64,000 nt of DNA, taken from positions 384,001 through 448,000 of the forward strand of contig CAVYTU010000013.1 in assembly GCA_963771465.1 (NCBI GenBank), written 5' to 3'. Source of the DNA: an uncultured delta proteobacterium (lineage in GTDB: Bacteria; Desulfobacterota; Binatia; UBA9968). Below are positions 1 to 10,198 of the stretch, piece by piece. Numbering within the stretch: the first letter of the stretch is position 1; each line of letters starts with the position of its first letter. A program made the translations under genes and the position numbers. The notes beneath the pieces were generated by a model. It did no database searches. It was not told where the DNA came from and saw only the letters and a list, made by a program, of their open reading frames with translations.

Positions 1-329
1 CGCCGGCACCGGCAGCCGCGGATGCTTATCCCATTGGTAAATTTTCTCTCCGGCGTTCGCCATCATGATGTTCCGGCAATTCTACCGAATTGATCGAACG
101 CCGCTGAAGCGTGATGGTTGCCGGCAACGGTCATCGACGTTCGCCGCGTTCGCTTACTTCTGAGAGCTTATAAAAGGAAATCTTTTTTGCCGTCAATCAG
201 ATCGTGCGGGAAATCGGCGTGAATAGCGGTTGTCGCCTGATTAAATTTCCGCAAGTCTAATTCGCCGCTGCTTGCTGCGGGTAGTTCACTTCGGATGTCA
301 CCCCGGCCGCACCGCAATGGTGAACAGTT

Positions 330-2318
330 TTAATACTGGGCCGGACTTTGCGCATTGAGATATTCTTTTCTCACGTACCCGACGGCGCCGGGCGGTTGAG
401 TTTCAACTTTAAACCAACTCCCATGGGATTCAAGAACGCTGATCTTGGTCCCCGATTGAATCTGCATCGTCGAGGTGGCGGCGTAACGCGGGTATTCTCT
501 GAGCGGCACCGCGCGCCGGGTGACGTAGGTGGCTGCACGCGACGGGCGAGCTTCGCGTTTCAGGACATTTTGACTTTTCGGACCGACGGATTGTGGAGTT
601 TTCAACTCATTGGCGGGTATTGCTATGCTACTGTCGCCCGACGCTTCGGTTTCCATTGTTTGTTTCACGGCGACATTTGACTCCGGCTTGGCTGCCGTGC
701 TGCCTTGGTCCGATAAAAGATAAGCGATCGGGATTATCAGCAGAACAGCGCCTGCCACGGGCAGAGCAGCCTTGGGAAATGTCTTTTCCTTCCAAGTCAT
801 TTGCCATGCGCGCCGCGCCGCGTTGAACCAATCGGAAATAGTGTCTTGGAAAAGCTTCGATGCAACGCTTACCGACGTAGTTGGCCGCAACGGCGTGGGG
901 GCCGTGCCATCGTGAGCGGAGTGAGCCGCTGGAATCGAGTGAGCCGCCGGAATCGATTGATTCGCTTGATGGTGTTTGTCATGAGGCAGTGTTTCGTCGT
1001 CGTGTCTTACTGCTTCGGCAGCCGCCAGCCTCTCGGTGAGAAAAACCATCTGTCCGCGCAACTCGGCGAGTTCCGCGCTGCGCTGTTCGACGATTTGTTG
1101 TTTCTCCGCTAGTTGCCGTTCGAAGGACGCGATCGTAGTGCTGGTTTGCTTTTCCAGCTCCTCGATGGCCGTTGCCGAGGTTTGAAGTAGGTCGGCGCTT
1201 TCGCGTAGTTCTTCTACAGCCAAACGTTCGGACCTTCCCCGTTCCGATTTAAGCTCGACACACTCTTGAGTCAATTCTCTCAACCTAACGGTGAGCGACT
1301 CAAGTTCCGCTTCGCGGTTCTGTAATAGACTCTGCTTTTCGCCGAGTTGATTTTCCAAGGCGTGGAGCTGCCCGGCAAACTGCTGTTCGCGATTTTTTAT
1401 CGCATCATCCTTAACCTGCAAGAGCTCGCTATGGTGAGCTAGCTCCTCGCGCAGCACACCGCCTTCCTGATTTTTGGCGTCGGCGAGCTCGGCGAGTTGC
1501 GCAGTAAGTTGATCTACTTTGAACCTGGTCGATTGGAGATCCGCTTCGCGGCTCTGTAACAAACTCCGCTTTTCGCCGAGTTGATTTTCCAACGCGCGGA
1601 GTTGCTCGGCGAACTGCTGTTCGCGATTTTTTATCGCATCAACCTTAACTAGCAAAAGCTCGCTCTGGTGAGCTAGCTCCTCGCGCAGCAGTCCGACTTC
1701 CTGATCCTTCGCCTCAGCGAGCTCGGCGAGTTGCGCCGTGAGTTGATCTACTTTGGACACGGTCGCTTGAATCTCCGCGTCGTGACTCTCGATGATCTCG
1801 TCTTTTTCGCTCAGTCGAATTTCCAGGTAGCGAATGGTTTCGCGGTAACGCATTTCCTGATCGTCGAGCGTGTTTTCCCTTGTCTGCAGAGGTTGCGCTG
1901 GCTGGTCAACGGTCACTTGCCAAGACTGCGGGTCCGGGTCTTTTGACGCGGCAATCTCCGCGACCCGCTGTTTGAACGCCGCCGATCCTGATTCGTCCTG
2001 GCGGCGATGCTCGGCGTCTTCCCGCGATGTGCTGCGGTGTTCTTCTCGCGGCTGAGATGCCTGCAAAAGAATCTTGCGAGCAATCTCTTTTTCGATATCG
2101 CTAGGGTTTAATAAGTTAGCCGCTTCATCGATTTCGTCTTGGTAGCCGACAGGCCCGTCGATGGTGACATTAATCAGTAGGAGATAGAGTCGGGTTTCTC
2201 GATCGGTCGCGTCATTATCGATAAAATTCAACAGAATCTTGGCGTCGTCGTATCTCCCTGCGCTGAGGAACCGCTCGATTTCTGAAAGTATGTCTTGGGA
2301 GTGATAAGTCTTGGCCAT
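330..2318 (-). CDS. Coiled-coil membrane protein with C-terminal bacterial SH3-like domain
   Basis: 662-aa ORF; long E/Q/L heptad region containing a 78-aa internal duplication; one TM segment (AALPVAGAVLLIIPIAYLL); C-terminal SH3b-like GSWFKVE...GYVRKEYL. Confidence 0.7.
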   Translation of the reverse strand: MAKTYHSQDILSEIERFLSAGRYDDAKILLNFIDNDATDRETRLYLLLINVTIDGPVGYQDEIDEAANLLNPSDIEKEIARKILLQASQPREEHRSTSREDAEHRRQDESGSAAFKQRVAEIAASKDPDPQSWQVTVDQPAQPLQTRENTLDDQEMRYRETIRYLEIRLSEKDEIIESHDAEIQATVSKVDQLTAQLAELAEAKDQEVGLLREELAHQSELLLVKVDAIKNREQQFAEQLRALENQLGEKRSLLQSREADLQSTRFKVDQLTAQLAELADAKNQEGGVLREELAHHSELLQVKDDAIKNREQQFAGQLHALENQLGEKQSLLQNREAELESLTVRLRELTQECVELKSERGRSERLAVEELRESADLLQTSATAIEELEKQTSTTIASFERQLAEKQQIVEQRSAELAELRGQMVFLTERLAAAEAVRHDDETLPHDKHHQANQSIPAAHSIPAAHSAHDGTAPTPLRPTTSVSVASKLFQDTISDWFNAARRAWQMTWKEKTFPKAALPVAGAVLLIIPIAYLLSDQGSTAAKPESNVAVKQTMETEASGDSSIAIPANELKTPQSVGPKSQNVLKREARPSRAATYVTRRAVPLREYPRYAATSTMQIQSGTKISVLESHGSWFKVETQPPGAVGYVRKEYLNAQSPAQY
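1290..1760. repeat. Intragenic tandem duplication, 234-bp period
   Basis: gccgagttgattttccaa at 1341 and 1575; the protein repeats KVDQLTAQLAELA...ALENQLGEK; edges approximate. Confidence 0.85.
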
Positions 2319-2452
2319 AACTCATCGCTTCGGATGTTTGTTCAGCCACGAAATTCTATGAACAGTCGTCGGAAAGAGTTTATAGCGCCGTCACTGCGGG
2401 AGTGCAATACACAGCTTCAAAGGTCTACCCTGTGCCACCGATTGGATCAGCA

Positions 2453-2467
2453 GCAAGTTTGGTGCCA
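2453..2467 (-). promoter_or_regulatory. sigma54 promoter
   Basis: TGGCAC-CAAAC-TTGC on the minus strand, upstream of 2318. Confidence 0.7.
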
Positions 2468-2853
2468 GCCAAAGAAGATGGTGATTAGCGGTTACAGGTT
2501 TCGGTTAGTACTGAAACTCAATAATTTTGATCCCGCAAGTGGACTTCAGATATCGAAGTTGTCGGTAACCCTTGTAGGTAAACTTCTTCAGAGGTGCAGG
2601 TAATTCACCAGAACAAGAGTAGGACTCGACTGTAAGATCGTTGTTGCATAATTGAGAAACCCACGATCGCCAAGCCGATTTCTCAACCAACACAATCAGT
2701 GTCGGCTATCCGCGTCGGTCATGAACGCCGATGCCGGCTAACCATAGGTATAATGCACTGCTGAATCCTTAGCAATTTTTTGTGCGATTAAACCTTAACG
2801 ACTCGAACGGTCTGATCGCTTAACGTCGATCAGTCAATCGTCAAAGTTCCAAT

Positions 2854-2898
2854 GATTGGAACGGAGCGAAATGATTGAACGGCTGGAACCATTGGAAC
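2854..2898 (-). repeat. 9-bp periodic GTTCMANNN repeat
   Basis: Minus-strand units gttccaatg, gttccagcc, gttcaatca, tttcgctcc, gttccaatc directly after the hydrolase stop codon. Confidence 0.55.
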
Positions 2899-2903
2899 GC
2901 TCT

Positions 2904-4028
2904 CTAGGCGACTATATGACGCGTGAGGTCGAGATTGGCGGTAAAGGCCTCCGGCGGGGGAAGGTCCACCGAAGAGTTATAAATGACCAGTGGAATATCC
3001 GACTCGTGGAGCGAACCATGGGATCGATAGCCGTATTCGAGTTCTTCCATGGGCCCTTCGAGCTCGCCGAAAACGGTATCAGCATCACCGAATACTGCTA
3101 GCTCGCCGATGCGCTCGGGCATGAGGCCGAATTTGGCCGCGGCATCACGGCGCGGCAGCACCGCTTCCACCCCCTTGAGTCCCATTAGGGTCGCCGCGAC
3201 TTTGCTCTCATCCTTCGGTGACTTGAGCCAGACCCAGGCTGCGCCGCCAAAGGTCCGGTGATGCTTGACGTAGCGATCTTTTTCCGCGGAAAGCGCAAAG
3301 CGCACTTCGCTGCCGAGCTCGCGGCAGGCTTTGAAAAGGTCCCAACAACGCGATTTGTAATTCATGCCGTGGTCGGCGGTGAGTAAGAAGGCGGCGTCCG
3401 GTGCAGCGGCTTTCGCTTCGCTCAGGAGCTGATCCAGAGTTGTCATGTGTTCTTTCGATTCTGTCTCCGCCGGCGCCCAGGTATGCATCGGGTAATCGGT
3501 GGTGTGAACATAGAGAAGACCGATGTCAGGGCGATGCTTGAGAATATCGATGGCGGCCCGCCACAGCCAATAATTGATTTCGCGACTGTAGATGTTCGCT
3601 GGTTGGCCGTAGCGCGCAACCCACTCAGCAGGCGGCGCCTCAGCGGCTACGGCGATCTCCGCGCCGCGCCCGAGTAGATGTATTGTTTTTACTTTGCACG
3701 TCAGCAGCGCCGACTTTACGCCGCGCTCGGCAGCGCGTTGAATCACCGTCGGGACACAAATAAAATCAGCGTTCTCCATGTAGTCGGCTTCGCCGGTCTG
3801 CTCGTTGAAATAAGAATTGCCGGTGATGCCATGCTCTTTGGGCCATGTGCCGCAGCAGATCGACGCATTGTTGGAGTTGGTTACCGTCGGAAAAACCGCG
3901 CTAACCCGTTTAAAAAATCCTTGTTCCGCCATGGAGCGAAACGCCGGCAACGGGCTGGCTTCCATGTAATCCATGCCGAATCCGTCGTACATGCCGATAA
4001 CGATCCGTTGTTTGCCGATGAGTGTCAT
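2904..4028 (-). CDS. phnA: Phosphonoacetate hydrolase-like alkaline-phosphatase-superfamily enzyme
   Basis: Motifs DG, PTVTNSNN (Thr nucleophile), HGITGN, TTDYPMH, TADHGM, YVKHH, RSHGS. Confidence 0.65.
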   Translation of the reverse strand: MTLIGKQRIVIGMYDGFGMDYMEASPLPAFRSMAEQGFFKRVSAVFPTVTNSNNASICCGTWPKEHGITGNSYFNEQTGEADYMENADFICVPTVIQRAAERGVKSALLTCKVKTIHLLGRGAEIAVAAEAPPAEWVARYGQPANIYSREINYWLWRAAIDILKHRPDIGLLYVHTTDYPMHTWAPAETESKEHMTTLDQLLSEAKAAAPDAAFLLTADHGMNYKSRCWDLFKACRELGSEVRFALSAEKDRYVKHHRTFGGAAWVWLKSPKDESKVAATLMGLKGVEAVLPRRDAAAKFGLMPERIGELAVFGDADTVFGELEGPMEELEYGYRSHGSLHESDIPLVIYNSSVDLPPPEAFTANLDLTRHIVA

Positions 4029-4048
4029 GCTCGTTTACCTCCTGGAAT

Positions 4049-4894
4049 TTAGCCGATCTGTCCCGAGACAAATTCTCGGGTAAGCTGCGATTGCGGGTTC
4101 ATGAAAATTTGCGCCGTGGGCGCCTGCTCGATGATCTCTCCGTCGAGCATGAAGATCGCCTGGTCGGAGACGCGTTTGGCCTGGGCCAGATTATGGGTGA
4201 CGATCACGATGGTGTAGCGCGGCTTGAGCCCCAAGACCAGTGCTTCGATCTGTTTAGTTGCCGCCGGGTCCAACGACGAGCAAGGCTCGTCCATGAGAAT
4301 GACTTCTGGTTGGTTTGCCAGAGTGCGCGCCAGACAAAGGCGCTGTTGTTGCCCGCCGGACAGCCGATCGGCGCGCTCGCTCAGCCGGTCTTTCACTTCG
4401 CTCCACAGACCTACCTGTTGCAAATAATAGCGCGCATACTCCGCGGGCGGTGTTCCATTAAAAAGGCCGTGATAGCGGGCGCCGAACAAAACGTCGTCCA
4501 AGATACTCATTGGAAACGGCACCGGCCGTTGATGGATAAGACCGATGCGCCGGCGGATCGCCACCGGCTGAACGCCTCTCTCAAACAGATCTCTGCCGCC
4601 GAATGCGACGGCGCCCGAGAGCACGCGTGCCTGTGGAATCAGTTCCAGTGTCCGATTGAGGACGCGAAGAAACGTCGACTTGCCGCAGCCCGATGGGCCG
4701 AGGATCGCGGTAATCGCGCCGCGGGCAACCGAGCAATCGATGTTTTTGAGCACGACTCTTTCGCCGTAGGCGACCGACAAGCGTTGCACCGCAAACACGA
4801 TCGGCGCATCCTCTTGCGGCGCTTGGCGCTTCGCCGCGGCGCCGTTGATGCCGCCCCAGGTCAAAGCCGTCGATGTTTGGCTCGATTCATTCAC
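4049..4894 (-). CDS. pstB: Phosphate ABC transporter ATPase
   Basis: GPSGCGKST, LSGGQQQRLCLAR, DEPCSSLDP, VTHN. Confidence 0.9.
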   Translation of the reverse strand: MNESSQTSTALTWGGINGAAAKRQAPQEDAPIVFAVQRLSVAYGERVVLKNIDCSVARGAITAILGPSGCGKSTFLRVLNRTLELIPQARVLSGAVAFGGRDLFERGVQPVAIRRRIGLIHQRPVPFPMSILDDVLFGARYHGLFNGTPPAEYARYYLQQVGLWSEVKDRLSERADRLSGGQQQRLCLARTLANQPEVILMDEPCSSLDPAATKQIEALVLGLKPRYTIVIVTHNLAQAKRVSDQAIFMLDGEIIEQAPTAQIFMNPQSQLTREFVSGQIG

Positions 4895-4901
4895 GAATGA
4901 G

Positions 4902-5765
4902 TTACCTCCCGCGAAAACCCTTGATCAACATGACCGTCACGTTTGCCATGAGCAGGAGCGCGACGAGAATCAATGCGGTCGCGTAGGCTTGCTGCGGCGA
5001 GCTCGCCTCGCTGACCAGGTAGTACAAATGGGTCGGCAGCGTCATCACCGGCGAGGACAAGTCGGGACCGCTCTTGGACAGAACTACGCTTGCGGTCATC
5101 AGCACGGGTGCCGCCGAGCCAAAGGCATGACCCGCGGCGAGCACAACTGCTGCGAGCAGACCGGCGCGCGCTTTGGGCCAGACGTTGTTGCGAAATGCAA
5201 AGAGCCGGCTGACGCCGAGGGCGAGCGCCGCTTCGCGATATTTTCTCTCGACGGCGCGCAGCGCCTCGTAAGCGCCGATCATAATAATCGGCAGCATCAC
5301 CAAGCCCAAGGTTATTCCCCCGGCGAGCAGCGAAATTCGCAGCTTCACAAACACCACCAGAAACGAATAACCGACCAGGCCATAGATGACCGCCGGCACG
5401 CCGGCCAAGCACTCGGCGCAAAAACTCACCGCCCGCTGCAAACCAACGGATGCGCTGTATTCGGTGAGATAGATGGCGGCGCCGAGCGCCAAGGGCAGCG
5501 CGACTGAGAGACCGATCGCGACCAGAGCGAGAGATCCCTCTATGGCCGGCCGGATGCCGCCCGAGCTGCCGAGCGGAAACCCTTTGGGGCTCTGCCAGAG
5601 CAATTCCCAGGTGATCGCTTGGGCGCCGTGATAGCAAAGAAAAAGAATGAGGGACATCGGCAGGATGAAACCCAACAGACCCAAACTCCAGGCGATGGAT
5701 ATAAATATTCCGTCCTGCCAAGAGCGGATTTGCTCGCGCGAAAATCTCGCATCAAGTGCCGACAT
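4902..5765 (-). CDS. pstA: Phosphate ABC permease PstA
   Basis: AIYLTEY, LAGVPAVIYG, REAALALG, TLPTHLY. Confidence 0.88.
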   Translation of the reverse strand: MSALDARFSREQIRSWQDGIFISIAWSLGLLGFILPMSLILFLCYHGAQAITWELLWQSPKGFPLGSSGGIRPAIEGSLALVAIGLSVALPLALGAAIYLTEYSASVGLQRAVSFCAECLAGVPAVIYGLVGYSFLVVFVKLRISLLAGGITLGLVMLPIIMIGAYEALRAVERKYREAALALGVSRLFAFRNNVWPKARAGLLAAVVLAAGHAFGSAAPVLMTASVVLSKSGPDLSSPVMTLPTHLYYLVSEASSPQQAYATALILVALLLMANVTVMLIKGFRGR

Positions 5766-6714
5766 AAATCATTCTTTTTTTGAGCCGGCCGATCAGCGCA
5801 TTAATAGCTATGACCACGATCATCAATAACAACGCGGCGGCGAATAAAGCGTGCTGTTTCGTGGACCCGACGCCGGCTTCGCCGAGCTCGGTGATCATCA
5901 ACGCAGTAATCGGTTGGCCGCGATCCAATAGCGAGGCGGGCACAGCCACCGAATTCCCCGCGAGCATCAATACCGCCAGCGTTTCGCCGAGGGCGCGCGC
6001 CAACCCGAGCGCCACCGCCGCGAACATTCCGGATGCTGCGTGGCGCATGAGCACCCGGCGCGTCAGGCACCAGCGATTCACTCCGAGCGCGAGGGCTGCC
6101 TCCCTGACGTCAGCGGGCACCGCGCCGAACGCCTCGGCCGAAGTCGAAGCGATAAAAGGTAAAATCATCACGGCTAAGATCAGCCCCGCGACGAACAGCG
6201 ATTCGCCCGTCGGCATGTCGAAGGTTCTTTCAAACCAGGGAACCAAAGTCACGTAACCGAAGAAACCGTAGACCACCGATGGAATGCCGGCCAGCGACTC
6301 TAGGCAAGGTTGCAGTAATCTTCTCATCATTGCGGGCGCAATTTCCGCGAGAAACACGCCGATGCCGAAACCTATCGGAGCCGCCACCGCCAGGGCGATC
6401 GAGGTGACCGTCAGAGTGGAAATCCAGGCGTGACGCACGCCGAACCTAGCCGGTTGAGAAAGCGGCTCCCAGGGATCAGCGATGAGCAAACCCCAGAGGC
6501 CGCCGCCTTCGAACAACATCGGCAAGGCTTCGCGCCCCAACAACAGCAGCACGAGCAAGAGAATGACGACAGCGCCGATGAGAAGGAATAAAAAAAATGA
6601 TTGCGCCAGGATTTCTCGAAAAGATTGCTCCGACCAAGCGGCCGGCAAACGGAAAAAGCCGGGGCGAAGGCCAAAGGCGCTGGACGGATCTCCGGCGCTA
6701 TTTAGATTCGTCAA
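5752..6714 (-). CDS. pstC: Phosphate ABC permease PstC
   Basis: LAGIPSVVYGFFG, REAALALG, RALGETLAVLMLAGN. Confidence 0.88.
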   Translation of the reverse strand: MTNLNSAGDPSSAFGLRPGFFRLPAAWSEQSFREILAQSFFLFLLIGAVVILLLVLLLLGREALPMLFEGGGLWGLLIADPWEPLSQPARFGVRHAWISTLTVTSIALAVAAPIGFGIGVFLAEIAPAMMRRLLQPCLESLAGIPSVVYGFFGYVTLVPWFERTFDMPTGESLFVAGLILAVMILPFIASTSAEAFGAVPADVREAALALGVNRWCLTRRVLMRHAASGMFAAVALGLARALGETLAVLMLAGNSVAVPASLLDRGQPITALMITELGEAGVGSTKQHALFAAALLLMIVVIAINALIGRLKKRMIYVGT

Positions 6715-7589
6715 TTCACGCTCCGCGCCGGCACATAGCCGTGAGCGCCGACGATCTTCTGGCAGCTGCTGAGCGCGTAATCGACAAAATGGCGCACGCT
6801 GGGAGCGGGCGCGCCCTTGACGACCATGAGCAGCGGCCTGGCCAGCGGATAGGTGCCGTTGGTGACGTTGGCGTCCGTCGCTTCGATGTTCTCCAGAGCG
6901 AAAGCCTTGAGATTTTTGTTGTGCAAAGCGAGGCCGGAAGAAATGTAGGCAATCGCGTTAGGGTTACTCTGGAGTTTTTCCAGGAGCGCCCCTTGGGACG
7001 GCAGCTGCAGCGCCTTGGATGAAAGTTTCTTTTCGCCCATGATCTTCTCTTGAAAAATCTCCGTCGAGCCGGCGCTCGCGTCGCGGGTCAAAAGCACGAT
7101 CGGTTTGGCCGGCAGCGAACGGTCGAGCTCCTGGTAGCTTTTGGCCTCGCCGGAAAAAACCGCCGCAAGCTCCGCGGGTGTGAAACCTTTTTTGCGAGCG
7201 GCCAGAGGATTGCGGTTATTGACCGCGACGGCGACCGCGTCTTTGCCGACCAGATGGCTCTGGTGCTCGCCCAAAAGCTTTTTCTCCTGATCTTTTAAAT
7301 CTCTCGATACCATGCCGATGTCGATGACGCCGCTCAATAGTGCTTTCACGCCGAATCCCGAGCCGCCGCCGGTGACAAAAACCGTTGTGCCGGTTTTCGG
7401 CATGGAAGCATCCACACGATCCCAGGTCTGATATTTCTCCATGAACTCACTGCTGCAATTAGCCATAATCGGTAGCAGCGTGGTCGATCCGCCTGCGCGT
7501 ATCGTTGCGTCCTGATCGCCAGCGGCAGCAGCTGTAACCATTCCGATGATCATTCCGCAACCAAACAGCAATGATGAAAATCTTTGCAT
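6711..7589 (-). CDS. pstS: Phosphate-binding protein (PBP_like_2 type)
   Basis: Signal peptide; GSTTLLP, GGGSGFG, DIGMVSR, GSTEIF, YPLARPL. Confidence 0.85.
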   Translation of the reverse strand: MQRFSSLLFGCGMIIGMVTAAAAGDQDATIRAGGSTTLLPIMANCSSEFMEKYQTWDRVDASMPKTGTTVFVTGGGSGFGVKALLSGVIDIGMVSRDLKDQEKKLLGEHQSHLVGKDAVAVAVNNRNPLAARKKGFTPAELAAVFSGEAKSYQELDRSLPAKPIVLLTRDASAGSTEIFQEKIMGEKKLSSKALQLPSQGALLEKLQSNPNAIAYISSGLALHNKNLKAFALENIEATDANVTNGTYPLARPLLMVVKGAPAPSVRHFVDYALSSCQKIVGAHGYVPARSVN

Positions 7590-7663
7590 ACCTATCCTCC
7601 GTTTCTAGTATCGAAGATTCGCCGAAATGAAGTTGATTTCAACGAAACCAATTTCACTCGTGC

Positions 7664-7716
7664 AAGTTACGCTCTAGTTACAAACGAATTAATAAATTGT
7701 GACAAAACGGTAATAG
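7664..7716 (-). promoter_or_regulatory. Pho-box array (PhoB-type 11-bp direct repeats)
   Basis: Plus-strand cores gttac, gttac, attaa, gtgac, gtaat at 7666, 7677, 7688, 7699, 7710 (exact 11-bp period; TTGTCAC and TTGTAAC on minus) upstream of pstS. Confidence 0.75.
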
Positions 7717-7956
7717 CGGCGCCTCAGCTCGGAGCAATTGAAACAGCGGGGCGCCCGCGCCGGCGTTGTGCGCGATCCGCCCCCGTTCATCGAAGGTTCA
7801 TGTGAAGCAGACGACTACTCTGACGGATTGTTAGTCCAGTCAGATAGGGGATGCGGGAAAACGGAGATCAACCGATGATGAAGAGCTGGGTTCGTGCACG
7901 TTAAGGGTTGCGTTGATGCCGTCACGATCGGATATGCAGTATGTACAAGAGCACGG

Positions 7957-8337
7957 CTACGTGGCATGCGCGGATATAGTTTGGAATTTGAAACTCGCCT
8001 GACTGCCGGCGAAATAAAGCATTTCGATCACATCGGAATAATCAACGTTTCGCTCGCGAGCAAATTCATCGAAACAAGGCAAGCAAACAACGGTGTCTCG
8101 ATATTCGTGAGGTACGACTTGGCGCCAAATTCGATCCGGAACATAGAAATTGAATTTATCCTGGCATTTACAAACCCGACAGCGCTGCCGCTTGAATCCA
8201 CTTGGAATACTAGTCTTGTGTTTTATCCTCATCGTCGCCTCCATCGATTCTGAATCTCCGTCAGGGAGGCCACAGAAGCAATGACAATACCAATAGCCGA
8301 AATCATTGAGCTTTCGGCACTGATCACCAGCAATCAT
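7957..8337 (-). CDS. Small Cys-rich hypothetical protein (start probably further downstream)
   Basis: CRVC...CLPC zinc-finger-like pairs. Confidence 0.5.
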   Translation of the reverse strand: MIAGDQCRKLNDFGYWYCHCFCGLPDGDSESMEATMRIKHKTSIPSGFKRQRCRVCKCQDKFNFYVPDRIWRQVVPHEYRDTVVCLPCFDEFARERNVDYSDVIEMLYFAGSQASFKFQTISAHAT

Positions 8338-8440
8338 CGCGAAAATGTCGGTAATTTTCTTCTAGTCAGCAAATATTTTTACTGAAGAAAATTATCAAAG
8401 AGCCTTGTCTCAAGGAACTGATCGAATATCATAGAATTAA

Positions 8441-8797
8441 TTGAATGAAGCATTGAGCCTAATGATTGAAACCTACCGAAAAGCGATCGGCAGCAAGGTT
8501 TGGCACTTCTGTACGAATTGCGCCACCTACCCAACACAAGATTACACATCATTTCCATTTCCTCAGCGCGTCGAAGATGCTGAGTTATGTACAGAATGTA
8601 TCGCTCGTCACGCCATAGGTGATTGCGCTGGCGACCACGATGTGGGTTCGCTTACAAAAAGGAAGTGCTCGGTAATCGTCGAAGGTAAAAAATGCGGACT
8701 TGACCTACTCTACGATTTGGCATCCGCTCTCCATATATGCCCGTCAGGTCATCGCACTCTAATTGTGCTCCCGGCCAAACTAAAAAAGTCAAACTGA
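8441..8797 (+). CDS. Small Cys-rich protein with YRK..WHxCxxC..CxEC domain
   Basis: N-terminal domain matches the C-terminal domain of the ORFs at 60419 and 63712; second Cys/His cluster at the C-terminus. Confidence 0.6.
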   Translation: MNEALSLMIETYRKAIGSKVWHFCTNCATYPTQDYTSFPFPQRVEDAELCTECIARHAIGDCAGDHDVGSLTKRKCSVIVEGKKCGLDLLYDLASALHICPSGHRTLIVLPAKLKKSN

Positions 8798-8942
8798 ATC
8801 CAACTTCAGTTTCTCTTGCTAACTAAATCGCTGATAAGCTCACCATATATTCGTTAGCCACGCGGAGTCGTTGACCATTACCGCTTAACCGAGTATTGGC
8901 AAAGGTAAAGACTCAACTGTAGAGCGCCTTCCGAATTATCGC

Positions 8943-9995
8943 TCATTGCAGAAACCATTCGTGCCAGAGTTTGCCGTAATGATCGATCTTGTCGTTATAC
9001 TTGACCGGATCGACGTTGATGAATTCGAACCCTTCGCGTAAACGGGGCGGGTTGGGTAAAACTTCCGGGTGGGTGGGAATACGGCTTACGTCGCGTATGA
9101 CCCGCTGCCCGGTCTCCTTGGCCAACATGAAATCTAGAAAGAGCAACGCCGCATTGGGATGCGGCGCGTTTTTCGCCAAGCCGCTGACGTTGCTCGACGC
9201 GACGACCGGTTCGAGGTTGAGCCATTCGACCGGCGCGCCGCGGCGCTGTCCGGTAGCGATTCCTTGGCTGTGAATCGTGGGCGACAGTGGATCTTCGCCG
9301 GCGGCGATCAATTGCGCCAGGTGGGTGTGGCCGGTGCGGATCTTGGGATTCTGCGCGCGCAGCCGTTCAAAGAACGCTTTGCCTTTTTGTTCGCCCCAAT
9401 GTTCCATCAGAGTCATAAACCAGTGGGAGTCTTCGCGTTCGAGCGCCAGTTGGTCTTTCCACTTTGGATTGAGTAAGTCCTCGTAGCGGCGCGGCGCCTC
9501 GGCGGCTTTGACGAGACGGGTGTTGTAGCCGAGCACAATCATCGTGACCCGGTTGGCGACCCAGTAACCCTGCGACTGGACAAAGCGTTTGTCGAACTTT
9601 TCCGCCATCGGCGTATAATAGGGCTGAATCATTCCCTTGCGCCGGAAAAATTCGATGCGCGCGTCGTTGGTATCCAAAATATCGGCTAAGAAGGTGGAGG
9701 CCTGGGTTTCGGCCGTGAAGCGCTGCACCATTCTAGCCGAGGTGAGCCGGACCGGCTTGGCTTTGATGAACGGGTAGCGCTTTTCGAACAGCTCGACGAC
9801 GCGTTGGATGTCTTCTGCGTTAACGGACGTGTACCAGACAAACTCGCCTTCAGCTTTGGCGGCTTTTTCCAACCGAGCCTGACGGTCAGCGCCGCGATAA
9901 ACAGCGTTTTCCGGCGCGCTGGCCGGCTGTGCTGATGTTGCAACCATGCCAAGACCAATGAGGAGAACGAATAGGATTCCTACCGTGAGCTTCAT
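8943..9995 (-). CDS. ABC transporter extracellular solute-binding protein (Fe3+/AfuA-like)
   Basis: ATG at 9995 with RBS and signal peptide; YNTRLV..P..YEDLLNPKWK, APHPNAALLFLDF. Confidence 0.8.
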   Translation of the reverse strand: MKLTVGILFVLLIGLGMVATSAQPASAPENAVYRGADRQARLEKAAKAEGEFVWYTSVNAEDIQRVVELFEKRYPFIKAKPVRLTSARMVQRFTAETQASTFLADILDTNDARIEFFRRKGMIQPYYTPMAEKFDKRFVQSQGYWVANRVTMIVLGYNTRLVKAAEAPRRYEDLLNPKWKDQLALEREDSHWFMTLMEHWGEQKGKAFFERLRAQNPKIRTGHTHLAQLIAAGEDPLSPTIHSQGIATGQRRGAPVEWLNLEPVVASSNVSGLAKNAPHPNAALLFLDFMLAKETGQRVIRDVSRIPTHPEVLPNPPRLREGFEFINVDPVKYNDKIDHYGKLWHEWFLQ

Positions 9996-10198
9996 ATGAA
10001 TATGTCTCCCTTCAATAGGAGGAATTTTGCTGCGTCGCGCTCGGCAATCTTTACACCACTTTGGCGCCACGACACAACGACTATATATAGAGACACCCGT
10101 AGAGACGGCGGCGCGCGCCACTCTGCGTCGCCTTCCCATATCGTCGCAATTACGGTTTAAGATGATTTCTGAAGAGCAACTCACCAAGGGAGACTAGG

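Noticed and set aside
2846-2898. CRISPR array
   Set aside because: Units are 9 bp with no spacers, and there are no cas genes
4891-5721. 276-aa alternative-frame ORF over pstA
   Set aside because: Arg-rich off-frame translation; PstA motifs are in the 4902-5765 frame
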